Below are positions 38,448 to 51,281 of a stretch of 64,000 bases of DNA, in pieces. Numbering within the stretch: the stretch's first letter is position 1; the number at the start of each line of letters is the position of its first letter. Source of the stretch: Lama guanicoe. Lineage: Eukaryota. The notes beneath the pieces were generated by a model, which was not told the DNA's origin, made no database searches, and saw nothing but the letters and a program-made list of their open reading frames with translations. The stretch lies in the NCBI GenBank assembly GCA_013239625.1, contig MU054212.1, positions 2,356,001 through 2,420,000 on the forward strand, in the 5' to 3' direction. The position numbers and the translations under genes were made by a program.

Positions 38448-41400
38448 CCTGAAATTAGGGTGGGCCTGATCTTGTTCAAGTTTCACTTGGGGTTTAGAAA
38501 TAAAAACCGAAAGAGTCCAGCTCATCTGCCACGCTTTACAGGAGAAACACAGAAAACCTGAACCACTTTTCCCCGATATGGACCCTCCCATGGGGAATGT
38601 AGTAGGAGGAGAGACACACCTCTCAGCCCCCAGAATCTCTACCATGGACATTTGCTGATGGTCATGCTAACTCAGAAGGCCGATGGCAACAAATGTGACC
38701 TGTCTCTTGTAAATCCATCCCCTGAGCAGGAAATTACCCAGATTCAGCACCCCCAGTCTCACAGCACAGGGCTTGTTTGTGGCCCGAATACCAGAGCTGC
38801 CCTCACATAAGTGGGGGTGAATTCTCCAATGAACAATGCCCTGTGGGCCATTAACTTCAGAAATATCCCTGACTGAGTCTACCTTTCACCCGCCGGACTT
38901 CCTTGGTGTGACAATCACACGGCACCAAGTAATCTTGTACCTACTGGGCTTTCTGCTCCCTCTGTCACCATCTGCACCCAAGCACTGGGCCCTTGCCTAT
39001 TCCTGGGGTGTGTGGGGTTTAGGTGACTGACGTGGTCATAGGGAGACTCTGAGACACAGGTTATCAGTCTAGGTGGGGGCAGGGGGCGCCCACTTCAAGT
39101 GGCCTTGCATCAACTGGAGGGTCTCCCCAGATGGCCTCCTCTTGAAACATCACTGTTTTATTTTGGAAAATGTTAACTTCTAATCTGGCATTGGTACATT
39201 TGCAATGCAGAGCAGTAGATCGTCTGGCTTTTTATGAAGCCCTGGGGTCCCTCAGACATGAATAGTTATTCAGTTCAGTATTCATTAAGTGCCTACTACG
39301 TGGGAGGTGCTGCAGACACAAAAATGATTCAGACAATATGCTCACTCATGAAGAGCTCACAGCCTAGTGGAGAAGATGGTCATTTAATACTGTCACCTGA
39401 AAAATCTCTGCCTTCTGAAACTTATCAGTTCCTAAGAGGTTGGAGACAGTAGAAATAGAAATGAAACTTGAGCTGAGAGTTTAGAGGACTGTCCTCTAAT
39501 ATGAGCCCCATTGCTAACTCTGTGAGTTTTTCAGGATGCCTACCCTCTTTGGCCTCAGTTTCCTCATCTGATGCACACTGATGATCTCCCTGGACATATT
39601 TTTGTCATAGGCTATTTTGATACACATGATATTGTCTGTAAAAGTCGTCTAGAAAGTATAAAACTCTGAAAATCTGAGTGAGAGCCTGGTGTAACCAAGC
39701 AGATGGTTAATTTAAATCCAGGAATCCCAACGCAGCATTAACCCTTCACATCTTCTCCCAATCCGGCCAGCGGGTACCTTCGTTCCTTCATTTAATAACG
39801 TGCCCTCTCGTCATTTTCACTTTCACTCCCTATGTCACCTTTCCCTCCTTCTCTATCCATTTTCTACTAAAAATATTGTAAGATGCTCAGATGTGGCAAG
39901 GCCCCTGCCGAGCACATGCATATGCATGAGGTAGAGCTGTTGCCCCTTGGAGACACTGATGTCACAACTCTGGGGAAATGGCTAAGTAACCATGACAACA
40001 TGGCTCAGTGTTGCATCTTGCCTGGGAGGGCTCCAAGGATGGCCAGCCCGTCATGCAGGCAGGACAGTGACATTCCCTCGGCAAGGAATGCAGAATGTCC
40101 GGGTGATGGCAGCCAGCCAGTGGTGACAGAGTGCCGAGCACGCTTCCTTCCATCTGGCCTCCCCGTTGCCACTCTGGTGCCTGGGGGGGCAGCCCATGAT
40201 TTATCGGGCTGAGTACTCCCACACAGGAGCATTGGGAGGCAGTCCCGGCCAGAGACAGCAAGGGATGCCGGGACATACAGCCACGGTCTAGTGAGTTTGA
40301 TCTTTGTCAACTTCTTCCCCTCTTAATCAGATACCACTGACTTTTACGTACTTTTTCATAAAGGGTTTACTATTTTAAAGCCATTAACTATGGAGAGCAA
40401 ACTGAAATGTGGGCAAAGGAGGAAAGAGGCTGTGCTCTGGATAAAAATCAACTAACCTATTGTAAGCACCGAGGGTGTGAGTTTTTCTCTTAAATCACTT
40501 TTGTGTCAATAATAATAATTTAGTCACTGTGTTACTTCCAAAGTAAACTTTCTCAGATAAACGTCCCTCAGCACTATATTTTCTAGATCTTTTTTTTAAA
40601 GTGTAAGTATGTGTTTAGTGCCCCCATCATGTACTGCTGAGATTTTGGAACCATTTTAGTCCATTTTCTCAGCCCCTCCCGCTGCCAGAAAGTAATAATA
40701 CAGTGAATACTCAGTGTGTATACACTGTACCAGTCAATTTCGGAAACACTTCCTCTATTAAAAAAATAATAATTTAATGGGGCCTTGGTGTATGAATGTT
40801 ACTCTATTGTTCAGAGTTATAATTTCAGTAGCATTAAAAAAAAAAGCCCTAACAGGATGTATATGGAGGGCTTTATTCCAAATTCCAAGCTCAAAAAACT
40901 CAGAAATGTGCAAAAGAAAAGAAAGCAAACCATATCTGTAAAAACAACAAACAGTAAAATGAATGGGCAATCACTGCTAAAGCAGGGGACGTGGTGCTGA
41001 TGTCATCCCAGTCAGGTGACTGTGGGAGACCCACAGCATCAAGGATCTCTCTCCACTGTATCATACTCTATTTTAAAACTTAGCTCCTCAGACCCAAATG
41101 CTAGCACCAACAGACACAGAGTTCTGGAAAGCACCAGTCACAGGTAGCCCCTGATGGCCCTGACCAGAAAAGATTCTCAGATGAGGGGACCTGGTTCTTC
41201 TGTAAACCTCCCCGTCGTCTCTTTTGGTGCTGCCCTTCCTGTCCCCAACACCCTCCACATGGCCATCTGATCCCTGCCACTTATCAACTGTCTAAGACTG
41301 TGATGATCTGACTGCTGGCCAGCAGCCAAGAAAGCATCTCTGGGCTCCACACTCACAAATGTCAGAACAGTACAGATATTTCTATCTCCTTATAAGAAGG

Positions 41401-42139
41401 AAGATTTACAAATAAATTCACAAGCAAAAGTGCTATTCGCAAGGTTAGCAGAGTCACAGTTGCTGTGTGGGTAAATACCACAAGGACCACATTAATCTTA
41501 TTACCCTGTGAGCTCAGCCCCATAATACAGTCAAACTTTAGTTTTATGTTAAATTCTCCCTCATTTCCATTTTCTCATGACTATTCCACATCTGGCCCAG
41601 AGGAAGCACTCATGCATTCTTTAGCCTGGCAGAGTCTAAGAAAACAGGACTTGCAATACAACCACCTCTCCTCTGGCTCTCCCATCAGCAGTTACTACAC
41701 ACTTCCCTCATGACTCAGTTTCTCAGATAACCCACAGGTTCTTCCAAGTTCAGGAAATACATGTCAAGCTCTAAAATAGGTCACATTAAATACCCCCTCT
41801 CAAGACTGAATGAGAGGGAAATATCTTCTACTTTTCTCCCTGGTAAAGCTAGGATCCCAGTAGAACATTAACTCCTTTCAGAAAGGGCCCTCAAAAAATC
41901 TCTCAATCTCTACTATACATTCCTAAAAAGCACATAACTGGGTTTTGGTTACTTCGTTTTTATCATATTCTACAGAGAAATCTGTCTTCTGAGTCATTCT
42001 GACATTTGAAATCTATCTTCTTAAGGCCTTGACTAAAACTTCTGTTATAATGTCCTATTACACAAGAAAGAAAATAAAATGGTTACATTTTTTTCTACAA
42101 CTAACTGCATCTGCCATAGGTTTTAAAATGTAATATACC

Positions 42140-44180
42140 ATTCCAGTTCCCCCACATGAAGGGGTAATTGCTATAGAAACATAAGCAACAGAAATTAAAG
42201 CAAAATGTATTAAATAACTGCTTCCTGACATCGAACAGAGACAATGAAAAACTGTGATTCTGAGAAAAAAAGATGCAAAGAAAAAACAAGATGAGCCTTA
42301 TGACTGTCCCCACTTACAACCTAGAGGCAGCTTCCAGGCTGAGGAATGGAAACTCAAACAAAGCGTGAAATTCTTACAGAGTTAAGAAAACACTGACCAG
42401 AATTCAGAAAAGCCAGAGCAGCTGGAATTTTCAGGGCCAAGGAAGGTATGCAGAGAAAGATTTTCAGAAATCTGCATAGAAGTCACCTTAAAGCTCTGGT
42501 TGATCTGCTCACGCACAGGACAATACCCTAAGAGACCTGCAGAGAACAACTTCAAAGGAAAGAACATTTATCGGGTAGCTGCAAGATGAACAAATTCCAG
42601 AATTCACATAGCGCTGAGAATTCACTGACTTCTCAGAAAGGCCACACCTTAGCAAGGGAGCTGAATTAGCTCTATACTAACAGTTACCCTGGATTTGCCT
42701 TAATCAAGTTGAAAAACCTTAAAAATATCAACTCAGCTCAATTAACTTAGCTGTGTGTGATAACAAAGTCGATCACTCTTTAAAGGAATACAACAAGATA
42801 TGGTGCATAGCAACATAAAATTTACAATGTCCAACATTGAATACAACTAACTAGATATACAGGAAGCAGGGAAAACAGACCCAAAACCACAATAAAAGTC
42901 ATTCAATAGAAACAGATGCAGAAATGGCAGATATGATTAGCACAGATAAATGGAATTAAAACAGACGTTCTAAAAATGCTCCATATGCTCAAGGAGATAA
43001 AGAAAGACGTGAACATAGCAAGGAAAAAGACCCGACTGGAACTTCTGAAAATGAAAACAGCAGCAACAGTGACATGAAACAAATACACTGGAAGGAATTA
43101 ACAGTAGATTAGATACTGCAGAAGAAAGACAAGTAAACTCAAAGACAACAACAGAAGCTACCCAAAATGAATTATATAGAAAAAAAAAAAAAGACTTGGA
43201 AAAAACAGGTCTCAGTGGCCTGTGGGACAATATCAAATGATCTAACCTACAGTATCAGAAAGAAAGGAGAGAAAGGGGCAAAATGATTAATTATTTGAGG
43301 AGAAGACAAAAAAGGTATAATGCCCAAAATTTTCCAATGTGATGAACAACTATAAACTTACAGACACAAGAAGTGTGATCAACCCCAAGCAGAATATCAC
43401 ACCAAGGTACATCATAATCAGATAGCTAACAACCAGTAATAAAGAGAAAAATCTTAAAAATCAAGCAGAGGGGGGAAAGAAGACATTACATACAGAAGAA
43501 CAAAGATAAGAATTAAAGCAGACTTCTCGTCAGAAACTGTGTAAGCCAGCAGACAATGGAAGGACATCTTTTTAAATGTTGAAAGGAAACACTGTCAATC
43601 TAGACTTCTGGAGCGAAGTCTACACCCAATGAAAACACCTTTCAAAAATAAAGTCTAAATAAAGAATTTACCATACAAACAAAAGCAGAGAGCATGCATC
43701 ATAAGTAGAACTCTGATTTAAAAAAAAAGTTAACTTTTCCAGGCGACAGGGTATTAAAATAGATTGAAATTTGGATCGACACAAAGAATGAAGAACATCC
43801 AACATGATACATTTGTGGGAAACATGAAAAACATCTTATAAAAACCAATTTTCTCATTTTTAAATCTCTTTAAAAGATAATTAACTGTTTAAGCCAAAAA
43901 TAATAACCACATATTATAGGGTTTGTTAACATATGTAAAAATAAAATGTATGACATCAATAGCAAAAAGGATGTGAGGGGAAAATCAAAATATTGTTGTA
44001 AGAGTCTCACACGCTACATGAAGTGCTACAGGGATTATATGGAGGAAGGCTGTGATAAATTAAAGAGATTTATTGTACATTCTATGGCAATCATTTAAAA
44101 AACAAACAGAGGTATGGCCAATAAACCAATTATGGAGATAAAGTTGAATCATTAAAAGAAAAACAATCAAAAACAGAACA
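42140..44180 (+). mobile_element. Old L1M 5' UTR/ORF1/inter-ORF fragment
   Basis: aacagtagattagatactgcagaagaaag, cctgtgggacaatatcaa, cagacttctcgtcagaaac...gcagacaatgga: degenerate L1 ORF1. Confidence 0.85.
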
Positions 44181-44227
44181 TATTTCAAGGGTAAAGTGTT
44201 TCCTTGGGATTTAAAAGTAATTTTATT

Positions 44228-44300
44228 AACACAACATTGTAAATCGACTATACCTCAACTTAAAAATTAAATTAATTAATTAATTAAATAAGAAAAAAAG
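44228..44300 (+). mobile_element. Extremely 5'-truncated young L1 (last ~35 nt plus A-rich tail) with 14-bp TSD
   Basis: aacacaacattgtaaatcgactatacctcaa matches the reverse complement of 45793-45823; aaagtaattttatt at 44214-44227 and 44301-44314. Confidence 0.9.
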
Positions 44301-45781
44301 AAAGTAATTTTATTGCCTTTAACCAAGCACTGCAGATTCCATTGAAGGAGTAGGCTTTCGGTACTAAACTTCGGACGTCCTACAGTCAGAAAACCACATT
44401 TTTAAAGCAGGGCTGGTCTTGACAGAAATACAAATGTGATTTCTGAAACAGAAGCACATTAACCTAGTATCACACTAGCATATGCATGTATGAGATAATC
44501 CAGCAGAGTCCAGCTACAAGTCAGTTTTTCACAGCTGTGAGGTCCAGAGCTGGAAGCTAAGTTTAGACCTCTGAGAGGCGGAAAGAGAAAGAGAGTCCAG
44601 CAAGTCAAGCTGGTGTCATACTGTTTTGTAAGCTCAAAGAAGGCACGGCTGTATTAGCTTTGTTTGTCACTGGATACCATCACCTGGTACAGTGACTGGC
44701 ACTTATTAGGCACTCATAAATGTTTGTGGAAAGAAGGAAGGAGGAAAAAAGGGAGGGAGGGACCTAGCAGTGGAAGTCCCAAGGACAATGTGTCTACACC
44801 TATCAGAAGTCTATGCATGGCACTTCTTACACACAGCAATAACACCACCACTCAGAAAATAGAGCTAGGAGGAATAAGCCTCTAAAATGATGTGGCACTT
44901 AGAGAAAAAGACCAGAGACTTTAAAACTAATCTTAAAAAGCACCAGATACACCCCTTTCAGATGCCCCAAAAGATTTTCCTTGACTAGTAAGGTTTGTGC
45001 CAAGAACTATCCATTTATTCATTGCTCAGCTGGCAAGCTATAGTCCAACAATTGTCCTAAAAATTGATGCATAATATAATCAGGAGAGTAGATCCACACA
45101 AATTGAGAGGTGTGGTTATTACAATACAGGTCTTAATGCACATCAGAGGCCATCCCTCAGGCAGAATATTCAATTTAGAAATCTATTGTCACCTAGATAC
45201 ATCTGCCAATAAACCGTCAGAGAAATGCATTTATTATCGAGGGCAGAATACTTTGCCTTATGGTCCCTCCTAAACTCCTTGACGATAAAATGGTTTACCT
45301 TCAGCATCTTTGTTTAAATGGCAATAAAAGCCTCACCTAACATGAAGGTCAAGGTAAGGACAGTTGACACACACAGTGAGTCCTCATGGAGGGAGAATGC
45401 CTGTGCTCTGAATCCAGCGGGGCTTAGGATGTTGTTCCGTCACAGCCCCACTGGTCATCAGAACATGTTGAACATGAGGTTTAAAAGGTGTGACTTAATA
45501 CCTAGAATTTCCCCACAAGAAGACATTAAATATACAAACAAAAACCACTGCGTCTGTTACTGTCACATGGCTAACCAAAACACCTAATCCTAAATACAGC
45601 ACCTCCACACCACCACCTCCACCATTACCGCTAATGTACAGACACACACACACACACACTTACACATACAGGTATGTACCTCTACACACATATATAAGTA
45701 TATACAATGTTACCTGTCCCATATTCTATTGAAATAAATTGAATTTACTGCAAATATCCATAAATTAAGAGAAGAAATATC

Positions 45782-46148
45782 TTTTTTAAAAATTGAAGTG
45801 TAGTTGATTTACAATGTTGTGTTAGTTGCTGGTGTATAGCATAGTGATTCAGTTATACAAGTATATTCTTTTTTAAGATTCTTTTTCATTATAGGTTGTT
45901 ACAAGCTATTGAATATAGTTCCCTGTGCTATACAGTAGGACCTTGTTGTTTATCTATTCTGTGTATAGTAGTGTGTATCTGCTAATTCCAAACTCCTAAT
46001 TTATCCCCTGCCTCCCTTTCCCCTTTGATAACTGTCCTAAGTTTATTTCCTATGTCTGTGAGTTTGTTTTTGTTTTTTAAGTAAGTTCATTTGTGTCTTT
46101 TTTTTTTTTGGATTCCACATGTTAAGTGACATCATATGATATGTCTTT
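45782..46148 (-). mobile_element. Cetartiodactyl-type L1 3' end
   Basis: ttgaagtgtagttgatttacaatgttgtgttag...ttgaatatagttccctgtgctatacagtagg...gattccacatg. Confidence 0.9.
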
Positions 46149-46174
46149 AAGAAGGGAAAAGTCTGTATAAACAT

Positions 46175-46240
46175 GTTCTTTCCTCTCTATTCTCCTCTCC
46201 TCTCCTCTCCTTTCCTTCCCTCTGCTCTCCTCTTTCTTCT
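46175..46240. repeat. CT-rich (CTCTC)n low-complexity tract
   Basis: direct reading. Confidence 0.85.
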
Positions 46241-48589
46241 GGGATAGGCTATTTTTCTGGACCCCTCCCCAGCAAAGTTTTGCTTCCATCAATTGCCATT
46301 CTAAGAAATCTACCCTTTTCTCAGCAACTTGTATCTGAGCCGTTGGAATGAATTCCGTCCCAGCAGCTCCTGCATTGTACGGAGGCTGGGGAAGAAGGAG
46401 GTCCATCTTGGTGGGACATCTGTTTATTTTGTATTTAACAAAAGGGAAAGAGTTTCTTCCAACAAAATTCTTTGGCTTGGGAACCCTGAATGTAAACTTA
46501 ACAACACTGACCTAAGCTCACCTCAGGAACAATATTAGCTGACAACCACCTTGGGAGTGAAAAATAAAATCCCATTCCAGCTCTCTTTGACTGATCTAAG
46601 CTCCTTTTGCTGTCATTTAACACGGCAGATTTGATTTAATTTGATGAGACTTCTAAGACACTTTTGAAACTTAAGCATTTAATACCAACCCTAATCACTT
46701 CTCTTCCACATGTTTTCAAAGGTTTCCCGGTTTATAAACAAAAAGTAGAATCAGATGTGAGAGCAAGAATAGTACTTCATTCTTCTACTTTTTAGTTTGT
46801 AAGCAAGAGTTATCTTCCAAAGAAAGAATCAGGAGGAATGAGTGGAAGTTACAGAAAAACAGGTTGGGACTCAGCATGAGGAAGCACTCTCTCATGGTTA
46901 AAACTATCACAGATAGAAGAGATACCAAGGAAAAGAGAAGCATTCCTGACACAGGAGGGGTTCAAGCAGGGACTTGGGTGGGACCGTGCGAGGGTGGGAC
47001 TGCATAAACTCTGTGGTACATCACGGTACTTCATATGGTTCCAAAATTAGGGAAGGTTATAACAAGGTGGCATTTCAGCAACAGAACATCTCAGGCACAA
47101 AGATGTGGTAAAGGACCACAGTTTGTGCTGAAAGGCAACCTGACAATGACGGTGTCAAAGGATAACAATCCCAAAGTCCAGGCTTCACCCTGGGAAACTC
47201 CTCCCTCTCCTTGTATTCCCACCAAAAGTAAGAAATCTTGGCTGAAATTTGGAAACTGGTTACACTGGCATGCACTGGGATCATTGTGACTTTGTGTTTT
47301 TATTAAATATTCATTATGAAATTTTCCTCTAACATTGTTCAGTTATCAGAAGAGAAACCTGCATGGCGATTTCTGCTACTGGGGAAATTGCTTCAATTCA
47401 AACTGAATTTTAAGTCTGTAAAGAGTTTCCACCAAGCAAACACCCGGAGGCCAGCAGCTGCGGATTCCTGCCTTGGGGGCTCGGTCTGCAGGGGGACGGG
47501 ACCCCTGTGTATGTCTGTGACTGCCGCATCTGCTTTCTGCTTTGACTTCACGTGACCACTGTCCTCTGATCCACAAGCCGCTGTTCCCCTAGCGGCTTCT
47601 TGAAGCTGCTGTGACACCTTTTCTCAGCAATAGGCTTTCGTGACGCCGCATCAGTCATTCCCAAATATTTCTTTCTGCATCCACTGCCCTGCGCTCGTCC
47701 CAGCTACCACCGTCTCTCCCCTAGATGGGATCTCTGCGAAAATTTCCAGGCTGCTCTCCCTGCGCATGCCCACGCTCCATCTCGGGTCTCCAACAAAGCA
47801 GGCAGCTGATCTCGAGGCTGTAGCACGGATTTCTGTTTATTACCCGTGGCCCCAACAGGAGGCAGGGTCTTTACTTCTGTCGTCCCTCACCGTGTCACTG
47901 GTGCTTGGAACACCATCGACATTCCACAGGTATTTGTGGTGCTCAGGGGAATTTTCCACTTGCACCTGCACTCGCTGGGGAGGTATGAAAACTGGATGCT
48001 CTGTTTCACGACCACTGTCAAGAATATGAACTTGCAGGGAATTAACTGGACTTAACTGAAGAGTCTTTCCTTATTTTAACCCATCCTACACAGACTTAAG
48101 GACTCATTCCATCCTACCCAGAAGAGGACAGTTTTCCTTAGTGAGCATAATCACCAAGAAACCCTCTTCCAAACACTTTGAAAAATCTGACTTTCTTCCC
48201 ATAGCAAACTATTCATTCAGATTCTTCACTGGGATGTGTTCCTTTGCCACACAACTAAATAAATGCAAGAAAATGAATACATGAATGAATCACCCTCCCT
48301 GGGTGGCCAGGCATGTCCTGAAGCTTGGACAATTATTAGCCTCTTTGCACAACAACAATCAAGGCTCTCTCCCATTTGAAATGGCTCTCCCGAAGGAGGG
48401 TTCTCAAAAAGCACTGATTTTGGAAGAATCTCCAAACGTAACTAACGGCAGGTAGGCTCTACAAATAAAGGAACATTCATCAGCTGCCACATACAGGCCT
48501 GCCTGGTCTAGCGTGGTGGCCAGGGAAGGCCTGGGCTTCTTAGAGAAAGCCGAGTTTGAATTATGGTTCCAGTCTTTCTGAAAAATCAC

Positions 48590-48730
48590 TGACCACTGCT
48601 AAGTCTCCCTATCTTCACCTGTAAAGTAAGATCTGCCTGGCTTGGTGGTTATGAGAATTAGAGAAAACGTACACAGAGCCCTGAACACTGTTTCTGGCAG
48701 AGTAAGTGCTCTACGTAGTAGTTGTTACTA
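48590..48730 (+). mobile_element. MIR fragment
   Basis: tcttcacctgtaaagt...ggttatgagaattaga...ctggcagagtaagtgctc. Confidence 0.65.
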
Positions 48731-48799
48731 CTCGCAATTGGTAGTTATTGGCTTTACAGGTTAATCTAAGGGGAGCCCCACTACCTTCCTTAGAAGATG

Positions 48800-49362
48800 C
48801 TGTATTTATTCTCTATCACAATGTAACAGACTACCACAAAACTCACTGGCTTCAAACAACACACATCAGTTTTCTCACAGTTTCCACAGGTCAGGAGTCC
48901 AGGCATGACTCCTGGCTTGTGGGTTCTCTGCTCAAGGCTGCAATTAAGTTTTCAGCCAAAGACGGGAGTCTCACCTGAGGGTCAGGGGCCCCTTCCAGGT
49001 TCATGTGGTTGCTACTTTATTTCCTTGAAGCAGTAGAACTCATGGTGGCTTATTCCTTCAAGGCCAGGAGGAGAGAGATTTAGCTCTTCCATCTCTGACC
49101 TCTAGACCCTGTTTTCAAGGGCTCACCTGATTAGGTCAAGCCCACTCTGAATAATTTTCTTTTTAACATAAAGTCAACTGAAATAGAGAGCTTAATTACA
49201 TTGGCCGAATCTTTTCACCTTTGCCATAGAAAGTGACCTGGTCACAGCAGTACCGTCCCATCACTTTGGACATATTTTATTAGTTAGAATCAAGTTACAG
49301 GTCCTGCTCATAGTCAAGGACACGGGCCATTAAGGATCCTCTTAGAATTCTGCCTGCTGCAG
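48800..49362 (-). mobile_element. MLT1 (F/G-like) solo LTR
   Basis: gtaacagactaccacaaaactcactggcttcaaacaacac...ctcacagtttccacaggtcaggagtccaggca...ttagaattctgcctgctgca. Confidence 0.8.
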
Positions 49363-50917
49363 ACATCGTGCATCATTCCCATGGAATCTGATCATTGCTG
49401 ACTGACCTGTAGTGACAGTGGAATGAAGTCAATGAACACTACTGTGAGCACATTTCCCACCTGGCAGAGGACCCAAGAAAACCAGGCATAAGGGGAGAGG
49501 CAGTTGGTCAGCAAAAGGGCAAAGGGAAATCAGTACTCCCCGCAGGTTAGTTTGAAATTCGGGCTTTCCCCCACTTACTCAGGAGAGAAGAAGAGCTGGC
49601 TGTGTGGCAGTGGCTGCAGCCTGCTACAGATAAACCAAAATCAGCTGGTCGACAGCCATTGACCTCTTGGAGATAACTCAGAGAAGACCCACATAGGAAG
49701 AATCTGTTGCTGAAGGAATGTGTTCATTCCTTCACGCATACAGACACACATGCACTCTCTCCCTCTCAAACACACACAGCCTACAAAGCCAGATGTGTTC
49801 TACCGACATTCAAGGATATCAGTGCCAGTTTCCTCAATGTGGTTTCCTAGCTGTTGGGCTTGGGGTGAGAGTGTGTTTTCATGCAGGCAATTAAATGATT
49901 CTTCTCTGCCACTAAGGAAAGAGTGTCCACAGCAACTTCCTTCATATGTGGTCCCAGAAGCAGCAGCTGTCTCTGGGTAGACTGGGTCATCACCTAGTTA
50001 GGTCACAGACAGGAAGCCTTCAGAGTGAATTATAGTCGGTTGTCTCAACAGCTGTGCCCAGGATTCAAGGGAACCAGCTGGAGTGCAGTGAGCCACTCAC
50101 CGGCGCCCGGGGGGCAGGGGCGTGCTGAGGCCCTTCTGTTCTGCTGGCCACAGCGTGAGTGTAAGAGCTGTGTCTGATGGAGGGCTTCTCTCGAAACCCA
50201 AAGATTCACCAACGCACGCCAGAGTCCCGAGGGCACGCCCGCCGGCCTCACACCGGCAGGACCTGGCTGTGTGGGACCCGCTTCCAGGCTCAGACCCCTA
50301 CAGCTAAGAGGTGCAGAGGGCGTCAGAAGGCTTCTCTGCCTGGAGGCAAAATCCAACTAGGCAGCTGGCGATCCTACTGCCTGATCATTTCAAAACCACG
50401 TGCTTCCTTTTTTTCTTTCCCCCTTTGTTTCCATTTAGAACTTTTATTCCACTTTTTTCTTTATTTCCTTTTTCCAGATCTCCTGTTCTTCTCCCTGCAA
50501 TTTTCGTTACCTCTCTGATTTACGTCTTACTCTAGGCCACTGCCCATGCTGTCCTACACACTTGGATTTTTCTTATCCCCTCTCTGCAGCTTCCCCTCCT
50601 CTTTTGCCCTCTTCCTCTCTGCTGCTCTGGCTCTGTGGCTTGCACTCCCTGTGTGAACCTGCAGAGGGCAGGATCTCAGCTGGAACCGTCTCCAGATCTT
50701 TGCTGTCAATCATCTAACCATAGCATAAAGGTCCTTTCAAATGCCTTCACCAAAACATTAGATTTTGGTATTTTTTTAAAATCAATGAACAGATTAAATG
50801 TAACATAATGTACTTGTCAACATGATAAATAAGTCCCTTGGAGTCTGGTGAATTCTTACTGAATAGGTTGTATATTGGGTAAATTGTATCAACAGAACCA
50901 AATAGTACAACTGTCAC

Positions 50918-51281
50918 TGCTATGGGCTGAATCTTTGTGTCCCCTCAAAATTCATATGTTGAATTCCAAACCCCAAAGGTGATGGTATTTGGAGGTGGGG
51001 CCTTTGGGGTGATTAGGTCATGAGGCTGAGACCCCCATGATGGGATTAATGCCCTTATAAAAGAGACCCCAGAAAACTCCTTCACCCCTTCTTGTCATGT
51101 GAGAACACACCAGAACACAGCGGCCTATGGACTAGAAAGCGGGCTCTCACTTGACACTGAATTTGCAGGCACCTTGATCTTGGACTTCCCAGCCTCCAGA
51201 ACTGTGAGAAAGAAACTTCTGTTGTTTGTAAGCCACCTAATGTCTTGTATTTTGTTAAAGCAGCCCAAATGGACTAGAACA
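50918..51281 (+). mobile_element. MLT1A/B solo LTR, complete
   Basis: tgctatgggctgaat...gtgatggtatttggaggtggggcctttgggg...ttggacttcccagcctccagaactgtgag...gcagcccaaatggactagaaca; flanks gtcac/gtcag, an imperfect 5-bp TSD. Confidence 0.93.
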
